A DNA stretch of 62,292 bases, filler included, from Dimargaris cristalligena (taxonomy: Eukaryota): the NCBI GenBank assembly GCA_003614675.1. It is 2 parts of 2 records of this genome, joined end to end, with 100 filler letters (N's around TTAATTAATTAA, not from the genome) between each part and the next. Parts side by side here need not be neighbours in the genome. Positions count along the whole stretch, not along the records: positions 31,236 to 62,292 come from ML002447.1; 1 more part is not named here. One strand, given 5' to 3'. Shown piece by piece: positions 50,951-62,292 of the stretch; the stretch's first letter is position 1, and the number at the start of each line of letters is the position of its first letter. The position numbers and the translations under genes were made by a program. The notes beneath the pieces are model-generated. The model made no database searches, was not told the DNA's origin, and worked only from the letters and a program-made list of their open reading frames with translations.

Positions 50951-53125
50951 ATGTCGCGATTTGACGCTGAATCGGCTCCGCCGAGCTACATCTCAGTGGA
51001 TGACATTGGTGAGCGTCGCCCAGTCGTGATCCACAGCTGCCAAGAAACCCTTCGGGGGGACTCGTTTGACCAAAATCCCGAAGTGGTTGACCATGTCAGG
51101 ACCGGCTCGGACACTGATGCTGATATCGATGAAGGGGTGGCCATGCCCGATACGGCCGTTCCCTCGGTAGTGGACGATGATGATGATAATAATAATAATG
51201 ATGACGCCGCCACTAACAAAAGCCTACGGGATTCCCCGGGCAAACAAGAAGAGGAAGGTGGAATAGCCAAAGAAGAAGGGGAGGAACCCTTCCCCGTGTA
51301 CCACGGACTTCGGCTCTACATCACGGTAGTTGGCGTCATTCTGGCCATGTTCCCCGCAACTTTGGACGAAACTATCATCGCAACATCCATGAACGTGATT
51401 GCCAGCGAGTTCAATTCCCAGGCCGATGTGACCTGGCTCGCTACGTCGTATTTGCTCACCATGACCGCCTTTTCCCCCATTTACGGCAAACTTTCCGATA
51501 TTTTTGGCCTGCGGTTGACGATGCTGACCTCCATCTTTACCTTCATGGTCGCTTCGTTGCTGGGCGCGCTTTCCCCGGGCATGGTTTATCTGATTGTGTT
51601 TCGTGCCATATCCGGAGTGGCTGCCGCCGGTCTAACGTCACTAGCTCTCATTGCAATTTCCAGTAAGTCGGCCAAGGTATTATTTACTTATTTTATTTTA
51701 TTTGGGGGGGGGGAGGTTATAGATTTGGCATGGGTTGGGGGGTGGGGAGGAGACGAATTAAGGTTTAGGCGGTCCCGATTCAGTATGGCCTACCAGTGTT
51801 CGCTTTCGTCATTGCCCACCCTAATTAGAGATATCGCTCGACCGCCTTATCGACATTCCTGGCTTGGGATTTGATGCCATTCCAGTAATCTGACTAGGGT
51901 GAATCTGGGTTAGGGCCCTTCCCACTTTCTCAGGATCGCTTACACATTCCTATGTTTTTTTATCTTTGCTTTGCTTACCGGTTACCTAGAAATCACCCCC
52001 GAGGAGAGTCGTGGCAAATACCTGGGCTATTTGGGCGTACTGTATGCTGTTACGGGGGTCCTGGGCCCAGTGATTGGCGGTATTTTGACCGACAAAGCCA
52101 GCTGGCGCTGGAACTTCTACCTCAACATCCCCCTCTGCGTCGTCGCGTTCGCCATCATCTATTTCGTGCTCCGCGTCCCGGTACCCCGCGGGTCGTACTG
52201 GTCCAAACTCAAGCGGGTGGACTACGTGGGGATCGTCCTATTTATCGGCGCAGTTGTGATCTTTCTGCTAGCCCTCCAATGGGGCGGCAAAGACTACGCC
52301 TGGGACTCCGCCACCATTATTGGACTGCTGGTGGGAAGTGCGGCGCTGATGGCGATTTTTATTTGGTACGAACTGCGCTGGACCCCTGAACCGACCTTTG
52401 AGCTACACTTGGCCAAGGTGCGCAACGTGTGGGTGTCCTGTCTCCTGGGCTTCACCATTGGCTGGGTGCTGCTGGTGATTATTTACTATATACCCTTGTA
52501 CTACCAATACGTCCATCAGTACACGGCCATGCCCGCTGGTTTGCAACTGCTGCCCTTTTTGATCCCGCTTAATGTCATTGCCATTGCGGCCGGGTTCATT
52601 ACGGAGCGCTGGGGGTGCTACAAACTGGTCAGTGTCCTGGGTTTGGCCCTGTCGGCCCTGGGCACGGGCCTGTTCTATCTCATTTCGGCGGAGGTATCTG
52701 TGGCGGTGGTGGGAGTGGCGCTCGGCTTCGCGGGGTTGGGGGTGGGCCTCAGTATCCAGATGAGTATCATTCCGGCCCAACAACAGGTGGGGTTCGCCCT
52801 TATATCCCAGGTCACGTCGTTTATTAGTTTTACCCGCCTCATCGGTGGCGTGTTTGGGATTTCCGTGGTGGGCGCGATCATCAACAACACACTCGAAAGC
52901 CAGGCCCAGACCATAATGGGTCACGAGCGGCCGGCCGAGGAATTGCTCAATATTTTGTCGTACCCCCTCACCGTGGATACCCCGACGTATCTTCAGGTGC
53001 GCGAATCGTACATTACGGCCATTCGATTGGCGCTGTTCATCACGTTCGTGCCGTCGATTCTGGGCTTCTTCGTGGCACTGGCGTTCAAGACTATCCGGAC
53101 ACGGGAGGATCCTGAAAAGGTCTAA
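50951..53125 (+). CDS. MFS drug:H+ antiporter, DHA2 (14-TMS) family; exons 50951-51662 and 51990-53125; 615 aa
   Basis: LDETIIAT, WLATSYLL, YGKLSDIFG, FRAISG, GPVIGG, WRWNFYLNIP, VDYVG and LQWGG.DYAWDS. The GTAAGT...TAG intron restores the frame. Confidence 0.92.
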
Positions 53126-55725
53126 ATCATAAAGTAGCAGTGCGGGGAGGGCTTCTTGAGTGGGTGAGATTCGCGATACCTCCCCACCACTACCACCACC
53201 TATGGCTCTGAAGGACGGCTAATTGGATATTTTTAATTTGGGATCCAGTCATGGACCATATAACCAGCAAAAAAAAAGTCGGGTTGTTGATGGACCTCGA
53301 CCAAAACCACATCATTCCATAATCATTTTATTTTATTTTGCATTTTTCATTTTTATGTACATACATATTTGTTTCCTTTGTCGTCATTGGGGGGGGGGTT
53401 ATCTAGAACAAATTGGGCCCTTTTACTTTATTCATTTAATTTGGTTATTTATAAAGCTGCAACACCGGTTATTGGTGAATATATTAGTAAAGATAGACCG
53501 GCACCCGTCCCAAGCCGCCACGTCAGCTCGAAAATCCCAGAATAGCCAGCCATGCTATAGGTTATTAGGTTTATGCGAAAACTAGGATCCATCCTTTTAA
53601 TACGCACGTGAGATATGGCCCGAATTGGTCAATAAAAGAATGTTTGAATAGGTAAAGAGTAACTCGTTGTGTCACACATAGGCACCCAGTAGTGGACGAT
53701 ACTATAGATGACGAAACCATCCAGTGCGCACGGCCATAATGACCACAGGGGTAACCCAACTCCGCTCTATGGTATGGTCAGAGACGTTTGTTCTCTCACC
53801 AATGAAGTGATGGAGAATATATATAAATACAGATAGATAGATTCATACTAAAATACCCACCCAACCCATCTTTTCTGATGGCAATAATAGACCAAGAATG
53901 CCGAAATTGGTCCATACCGGGAGATGCGACAGCAGCAGATATGTACAATATCAGTAGCAGCCCCCCCCCCTTCAGCGCATTGCCTGACTCTCCGACAGTG
54001 CAACACTGGGGCCAACACTAGCGACGATCGAGCCGCAGACCCGACATTGGTGGGCGCGTCTGGCGGGGTGTGGTTGTTGCACAAGCGTTGTCTCTCCCAC
54101 CCTCTCTCCTCTTCCAACTGCCCAGCGGGCAATAACTGATGGTATGTGTGTGTATTTGTGTCGGATTGACCTTTCCCCCCGTCTCGGCCATCTGTTGGCC
54201 TTTTGCTTAATCGCCCTTTAGAAGGTCCTCCTCCTCTCCTGTTCTTTCTCCGGCCCTGGTTGATCCTTTTAGTGCCAAAGGGACCAGCGCACCATTGCCA
54301 CTCAGTATTGGTGTTGCTCTCTCTCTCCCTTTGAGGGCCACCGGACAGTCGTTAACATCGCGCAAGAGCCAATCAGCCGATGCTATAGCTCTTTCCTATT
54401 ATATAGGCTTCGGCTTCCTCGGCCGCTCTTCCCCAAAAAGAGTGATGGGTGGGCATTGGCGGTGGTGGATAGGGGAGAGAGAGAGAGAAACATGCCTACT
54501 ACTATATAGTCTAATATGAATTATGGATAGAGACGAGTGGGAAGAAGGAGTGAGATAGGTCACTATTATTTTCGCCGACGACAGCTGGCGATGTGGTCTC
54601 TAATGCTGTGCTGACGTATATTAGAATAGCCCACACCTCTAGAACCCACGCGAATGTCTCCGAGCCACCTGACCCTGGCCTAGTGATATTTCCCTCTCCC
54701 CACACCTTACATGCTCCCGCCCGCCGCTTTCTTTCCTGTTGGTTCTTTTCTATACTATACAATACTTACTTTGACAGAACAACGCCCTGCCTACACCTTG
54801 GTCACACATTGCCTTTCTCTCTCTTTCTCTCTTTCTTGCTGATCTTGTGAGGTTTTCCTGTCTGTTTTCATTCTTATTTGATTCATTTGCAGGCTCGGCT
54901 CGGTCGTTTCTCTCTCACACACCCTCTCTTCTATGCGAATGTATCACCCGTTCTCTGCCCTCCTCCTCTTTTTATAGTTCTCCTACCCGCCCTTCCATAT
55001 AGACGCTACTTGGTTTAGTTGCAGCCTGCAGCTTGTTTCATCCCCCCTCCCGGCCAAGGATTACCGGTGTTTTTCTTGACCAACGAGCACAGTAAGTACC
55101 CTTTAATAAGTTTAAGTCGCGCCCGTATAGCATAGCCACCCGATCTCCTATTGTCTCTAGCTTAGTAGACAAGCTTAAGCCGATGGGATTCGCGTACTTG
55201 AAAGAGTAGACAGTGGTCGGAAACGAAAAAGGGCCCCCCAGAGAGTGGTCTAAAGGTCCTTTCTTGTTTTATATACTTGGCACCTTCCCTCCCCGTGTTT
55301 TCAGTAGACCCCTTTCTATATCTATCTATCTATATATGCAGTAATACTTAATTAGTCAGGTCCCGTGCTATGCCGCGTCGCGTGTCATCCTGACCTTTAT
55401 ACAGCATTCCAGGTCCTTCATCCCACTTTTGCATCTTAGTCCCTTTTCTTACCATCTACCTTTTTCTATTCTCTTACATTCCCATTGTTGGACTCAGCCC
55501 GCCCCACCTGGAGATTACCTACACGTCACCCTCTCTTACTTCTTATTCAATTCACTCCGTCAAAGAAACGCGTCGATCGTAATCTCAGTACACTGGCATT
55601 CTTCTGAGTATCGCTCGGTCGGCCGCTCCTCTATTTTCCTGCTTCTCATCCCCAACCACCGCCCCATCTTTCAACGCTCGGCGCTGATTTGAATTGAGCG
55701 AGTTGCCTTCCCACCCACCGTCACC

Positions 55726-58379
55726 ATGTCAGGCATCTATAACCACCGCGCCATGGTGCCCAACTCCGCACCCCCAAATCGGATCCCGGACCTGCTCGAG
55801 GCACTCAAGGTTGAGTATGACAACCTTACGCAGGAAGTGAGCACCAACCGGGGTTCCCGGGACGACCCCGACGGCAAAGGTATGTATTATTGATATGGGA
55901 TTCAGGCGTCCTCAGCAGCCATCTCCTGAGTGTACCTCCTTAATATAACTATGTATCTCCGGTTAACACCATCGACGTGTCCATAATAATGAGTAGGAGG
56001 GAATCTATACCTTAATAGTATACTCGACGTTTATGAGTTATTGGTAATCGAACGAGGGTGACTTGTAATGAAGTCCAATTAACCTAATTATATCCTGTGG
56101 TCTCTTCTGCGCATTCCGTTGTTCTATCGGGATGTGTTTTGCCCATTTGCGAACCGCTTCAAACCCGACGCTTGCTTGGTATTACAGGTGCAGTGGCTCA
56201 TATTTCCGAAATGACCGCATTCCAACAGCAGTTGTCTGAGCTGCAGCGCAATCACTTGCAGATTAAGCAAAAGTAAGTTACGGTTTCCATTACGGTGGGG
56301 GGTACCCGTATGCCTCTCCTCCTTCCCGAGTCTGTGGACTACCCCCATTATGCCGTCAACAAACACTGCCCTCTATGGCCCTTTCTAGTGGTCAGTCGCT
56401 TGCTTGGCTCGCGGCACAATGCATTTTTTAACCCCATATCTGATTACAGGTGGCTGTTTCCTATTGATTTACCTTAACATTGTCATTGTATCTAATCGTC
56501 TGTTTATTCACATACGCGCTTTCACCCATCTTATAGATACGAGGATGAGGTTGCTCGCCTTCAAAAAGAACTTGAGCTCCGGGGCGGACCTTCTACTCCT
56601 AGCGGTGGCCCATCAGCCTCAACCTCTACCCACCCTCAACCTCCGCCGCCGGCCATTGGCCACGGCCAGACCAACATGCTGGATAACGTGATGAGCGTTA
56701 GTCGCCCCCAAGCCCCCGGGATGGACCATAGTCCGATGGGGCCGGGCGCGAGTGGCCCGACCAATGGGGCTCACCCGCCCCATCCCCCCCATGGTGGCTA
56801 CCCCGGACCCTACTCCAACGGTGCCACCACTCCCCAGCAGCACCAAAAGCGCCTGCGATCTGATACATCGGACTCCATGCACCCAGGGGTTAGCGGTCCC
56901 TACCCCCAGCCGGGCTATACTCCTGGTACCCCGCACGAAAAGGGGATCAAGCCCGTAAAACCCCTTACACCTACTGGCAGTAGTCAGGCGCCTCCCCCTC
57001 CCGGAGCCCCCAACTCAGGTGGACCCCCCGCCCATCAGCCTACTTCCCAGCCGTTAAGTGCCACCTCCTCCAAAGAGGGGCCCACCTCCACCGTCATGGT
57101 AGCCGGTACTAAGCGCAAGACCAGCGGTTCTAGCATAACCGGGCCCCCACCCCGCCCCATGGTTGGCAAACCGCCTGGGAGTAGCACCATCAACGATGTG
57201 GACCCCAACGCCGTGCCCAGTGACCTGAAAGTGGAGGGTGCCGACTGGTTTGCCATTTTCAACCCTAAACTGCCGCGCAACCTTAACATGGGAATGGTGC
57301 ACTCGTTGGACCACAAGAGTGTGGTATGCTGTGTGCGCTTCAGCAACGATGGCAAGTTTTTGGCCACCGGATGTAACCGTACCGCCCAGATTTTTGACGT
57401 TAACACTGGCGATCTGATCATCACGCTAAATGACGAATCGGTCTCCAAGGACGGTGATCTGTACATCCGGTCCGTCTGCTTCAGCCCCGATGGCAAATTC
57501 CTCGCCACCGGTGCCGAAGATAAGCTTATCCGCATCTGGGAGTTAGCCACCAAGCGCATTTGCCATACCCTGCGCGGCCATGAGCAGGACATTTATTCGC
57601 TGGACTACTCGCGTGACGGCCAGGTTCTCGTGTCTGGATCGGGTGATCGCACGGCCCGTCTTTGGGATACCAAGACCGGAAACGCCCTCCACTCCTTGGC
57701 CACCGACGACCTTGGTCCCAAGGACGCCGGTGTGACTTCCGTGGCCATCAGCCCCGATGGTCGCTATGTCGCAGCTGGTTCTCTCGATCGTATGGTCCGC
57801 GTTTGGGATGCCCAGTCCGGCTACATGTGGGAGCGGTTGGAGGGTCACAAAGACAGCGTCTACTCCGTGGCCTTCACCCCCGATGGTAACTCCCTAATCT
57901 CGGGGTCGCTTGATAAGACCATCAAGGTGTGGGATCTGGGCACCATCCAGCGTGGCGGAGCCGGTAACAACCCCCCAGGAAGTGCCGGGGGTCCCAACAA
58001 TCCCGGATCCAACGGCAGTAACACTCCGAACTCGACTAATCCCTCCAGCGGACCCTCCAACCCCACCAACCCTAATACGCCCGGTTCCAACTCCGGCACC
58101 CCCAAGGCCAACATCTGTCGGTCTACTCTGGTCGGCCACAAGGACTTTGTCCTCTCCGTTGCTTGCTCCCCCTGTGGCCGGTGGATTGTATCCGGGTCGA
58201 AGGACCGTAGTGTCCAGTTCTGGGAAACGCAAACCAGCAATACCCTATTTATGCTCCAGGGTCACAAAAACTCGGTTATTTCGGTATGTGTCAGCCCGGC
58301 CGGCGGACTCTTTGCGACCGGCTCCGGAGACTGCCGGGCCAGAATATGGCGGTACGACCCGCTATTAAACGCAAATTAA
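55726..58379 (+). CDS. TUP1: General transcriptional corepressor Tup1; exons 55726-55879, 56194 (or 56188)-56272, 56537-58379; about 691 aa
   Basis: N-terminal Tup_N helix ([14 protein letters not shown]...[12 protein letters not shown]). WD40 region with [61 protein letters not shown] and [11 protein letters not shown]. Confidence 0.96.
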
Positions 58380-59363
58380 TATCAACAGCCACTTAGATCA
58401 TAGTTGCTTAATGCTGGTAGTGGCCTCCCCCCCTTTTTGTTCAATTGCTTCTCCTCTTACCCCCCTCCCGCTATTTTTATTGACCAAGTGCCGACTGGGT
58501 GTGTTGCCGTTATGGATCATAGGGTCTCGGTGATTCCCGGCACTTTTACCCATCGCCGGCTGTTACCTTTCATTATCGGTAACTGTTAGAGGGGAAGTGG
58601 CATGAGGGTTTGGTGCTTATGATCCGTACCCAATCCCTGGTACACGCTACTCACCTCTACACCTTTTTAACCCCCAATTTTGCCTGCTCAGCGACCCATT
58701 TAGCCTGTCCCTAATTGTACCAGGTCTTCGTTTTAGCCTACATTATCCTACCATGTAATTATTTTTCGCGTTTTCCCCTCACTTACTCTCTCACAACCAC
58801 TCTTTACTACCCCCCCTTACTTTTCTTCTTATTTCTCCCACTCCTCTTTTTTTTTCTATATTCAACCTGACTCTCAAAATACATTCAACTATTTCTCTTT
58901 ATTACTATGAATTTCATGCCCCCCATTTAGTATGGTGAGGCCCCTCCCACATTCCCCGATATGCCTAGTTTCTTCTGCTTGTGGTTTACTAAGGTGTTGG
59001 ATTCCCCCTGTGCCGGTATTGTTTTTTTTTACTACTCTTGTTCTATGAATGTTTGATTGGTTATTATAGCATTTTCCAAATCATGGCCTAAGCACCTACC
59101 TGGATGATGGTGATGACAATGTTAGTGTTGGCGAATTTTTACTACAGCGAAAATGGAGTTCTTTCCCCTCCACCCCCCCCACTTGGCACAATACCTTCTA
59201 GGTACGTGCTTATACTTTGGTAGATGGGAATATCACATATAGTGCTGCTTCACGTAAACCACTACTGACGTTTAGCTATTTTAGAGACTGGAACGATATG
59301 GCACCATTAATATGCCACATCGGTAGTACATTACTGAGTGGAGACGACGTCAATATGTTCCCC

Positions 59364-59405
59364 TTACTATTACTATTACTATTATTATTATTATTATTAT
59401 TATTA
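59364..59405. repeat. (TTACTA)n/(TTA)n microsatellite
   Basis: Direct inspection; it accounts for the poly-Leu in ORF 59217-59426. Confidence 0.85.
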
Positions 59406-60108
59406 TATTGTTTATTTTTTAAATGAGGTTTACGCGACTAATGAATATATGCCCAAACAGTAGATAAAAAACACCCATGTAAAACCTAAATTGTATCTAG
59501 AGAGATTAACTGATGCCCCATAGACCTGGTTCATTATCTGGTCTGTCAAGTTACCCAAGTGGCATTGGCTCCATCCCAAGAAATTGGGGGGGGGAAGGTC
59601 CGAAGAAGAAAAGTGGAGGAGACGGATCGGCAATACACTAACTAGCCGCCCCAATGTAATATCCTGTTGTATTGGTGTGCAGTTAAACTCGGGCAATTTT
59701 AAAATGAACTATTTTAACCATTGTTTTAACTTGGTATTTCCCAAATGTATTAATCGTGGCCCAGTGAAGGCTGGGTGTGAAATATAGACTAAAGCTGGAA
59801 TTTGATAAGAGAACAATTATGCTTTTTATATTACAAGTATAGCTATTAACGTATTTTGGCCAAAGTCCTTGGAAACCATTCCTTCCGTTCGTTGCTTTAA
59901 ATAAGACACCAGGGGAGGGGGTCAGCACCACTCAGTATCATCAACCACTGGGATGAAAATTCAAATAAGTTTAAGGAAACCAACTCGCCATCCCCAACAT
60001 GTTTAACACCTCCCACTTACTTTTCAATAATGGCCAATTACTATATAAAGTGGAACGGTATTATATACCAATATAACACAGGCGACCTCCATTAAGATCA
60101 AATCGTGT

Positions 60109-60619
60109 CTAGTGGAATGTAACATGTATCAGCGGGTTAAATATACTTGTACCTAGTGAAAAATATTAGCCCCACAGTTGCTCTAAAAATACTAGGTCTG
60201 TATGCAATTTTTAGGGTCTAGGTCACCTATTCACTGTCCATTATAGCCTACTTACCCTCAAGATGTCGGCTGTAGCGACCGTCTTGGGATATTGCGACTG
60301 GTTGGGATGTCGTATGGTGGTAGGCTGTCAGGAAGTTTAGCCCATGTTTCAACGGGTCCATAATAAAATCGACTCTACCATGATTATAATATTTAAACAT
60401 ATACAGTGGGGTGTCCGCAAACTGTAACTTTATATAGAAGTACAATCCACCTGCAGAAGGGTTTAAAATAGGCCCCAGTTAGCAAAAGCCAGTCAGGCAA
60501 AGGAAATATATGTTTATTGGCCAATAGGCCAAGCACAATAATAAGGGGGAATGTTGGTGTTTAAACGAGTATAGCGGGTGAAAGGACCCACGTTTATTGA
60601 ATAGACTAATGCTACTCAT
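60109..60619 (-). CDS. Candidate 3-exon orphan small protein (88 aa) divergent from SmD3; exons 60619-60592, 60450-60256, 60152-60109
   Basis: Intron 1 is GTGGGT...GCTAAC...CAG and intron 2 is GTAAGT...GCTAAT...TAG; phases match. Product MSSISLFNKRGLYFYIKLQFADTP...RHLEGTSIFNPLIHVTFH*. Confidence 0.4.
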
Positions 60620-60866
60620 TTATGTACCATAACGGGTTAAACCACCTATTGGTTGATTCCTCTAATCTGTGCTATACCCAGGACTCCTCCTTCCAAATAG
60701 TATACCATTACTACATTTATGTATTCTACTTTTATTTAGTTCAAAGCAAACTTTATAGCTAATCCGCTTTTTCCGTGTTCTCAGTTCTCCGCCATTTTTC
60801 CTGTTTGATCGCCTTTGCGCATCCTCTTGCCGCCCGTTACCCACACAATTCCACTAGTAGTGAATC

Positions 60867-61766
60867 ATGGCCTCTGCGAACATCGGGGTACCCGTTAAAC
60901 TCCTCCACGAATCCGAGGGCCACATCATCACCCTCGAAATGAAGAATGGCCAAACCTACCGCGGAAAACTCCTTGAGGGTACGTCAATTCAAGGGATTAT
61001 GACCTGGACGCGATAGTGTCCTACTACACTAGTGTCTGGCCGATGATGCCTTCATTAACCTAGCTAGATACGCGTTATTTTTTCCGAAACCCATTGGTAT
61101 TCACTTACTAACTTCCAATAACTTGACTATGTTTTTTTTTTTTAAAAAAAAATATTATTCACGCAACCTCACCCAACCCTATTGCGACGTCACTGTACTG
61201 ATGCATACGATTAGCCGAAGATAATATGAACTTACAAATGGCCGACATTACAGTGACCGCGCGCGATGGCCAAGTGTCGAAACTCGAGCAGGCCTACATC
61301 CGTGGATCCTATGTCCGGTTTGTCATTGTTCCTGATATGCTGAAGAACGCCCCCATGTTTAAGAAATTCGGCCCCGAAGGTCACAAGAATCGGGGGCTGG
61401 GTATGGGCCGCGGTCGCACGACTCTCAACCGGAATCAAGGTAAGCACCCCTCCCCCCCTTTTTTTTGCAGTGACAATCTATATATATTTGATCCGGCAAG
61501 GGTACAGCTTCTCAGTGGTATAATACTATTGTCATTCGAGTTGATATACTGGTCACCATTAAAACTAGACCTCAAGTAGGGAGTCGGGTGATGTAGTATT
61601 TGCCTATTACACGCTTTAATTTTTATATAGTGGAACTCGACTAGTTTACTAACGTTGTTTACCTTCTTCATCACGGTTGTATTGTGATATTCAATGTAAA
61701 TTTACAATAGGGCGGGGTCGCGGACGTGGTGCTCCCCGTGGTGGTCGCGGTCGTGGTCGATTCTAA
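60867..61766 (+). CDS. SMD3: Spliceosomal Sm protein D3; exons 60867-60978, 61215-61439, 61711-61766; 130 aa
   Basis: [41 protein letters not shown] and an RG-rich tail. Confidence 0.96.
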
Positions 61767-62292
61767 ATATATTTATCCGAACCGTCCAATCGTGTATTGT
61801 ATGGCGTTGGGAACAATTTACAAATGGCTTTGGCCATTATTATTTTTTTCTCATTACTCACAAGAAATTGAATATACCCCTTTGTTTTGAACACCGGTTC
61901 ATCATTAAAGCCTGGTGAAATAGCTAACACCCGATACCCTATGCTCCCATTCTAGCCCATCTCTTAATTCGTTGCAGTGTTTTGCCAGTTATCCTATATA
62001 TAAATATCCTAGTGTTTGTGGATAAAATTATGATAATGAGTGGTTGTACTACTTCGGTACCTATAGTCTGTGCTAAATATTACCATGCGGGAGATGTTCA
62101 GTCAGGCGGTATATAGAAAAATCCTTTGGATGAGGTAAATATTACTGATTAAAACCAATTACTCCACCTCCTTTCCTATTTATATATCGATGAACCTCTG
62201 TCCGGTGGCTCTTTCACGGCATTAATGTACGAAACCATGGAGTCCGGAGCCCCATTAAAGTGCAGAGGGGGGGTGCTATTAGGTTATTTAGT

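Overview
Eukaryotic, intron-rich fungal DNA. Intron sizes and gene content suggest an early-diverging fungus, possibly Zoopagomycota (inference only). I rebuilt spliced models by hand from GT-AG sites and frame continuity for nine conserved genes: PP2C/PTC1-like phosphatase, CitE/CLYBL-like lyase, SSH4/EAR1-like SPRY adaptor, Arp2/3 subunit ARC40, a 15-exon mitochondrial AspRS, a Cdc11/AspA-type septin, a DHA2 MFS transporter, TUP1 and SmD3. Between about 21 and 31 kb lies an accessory island. It holds five copies of one LTR family, one of them a complete solo LTR with a 5-bp target-site duplication, and kilobase-long CpG-free tracts. It also carries a secreted protein with a bacterial-type 3D (MltA-like) domain and a small secreted C2HC zinc-finger peptide gene whose 5' leader was split by the solo LTR. 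A 100-nt N gap with an artificial TTAATTAATTAA linker at 31136-31235 means the two halves of the window may not be truly contiguous. Several unannotated spliced orphan candidates are also proposed at low confidence.
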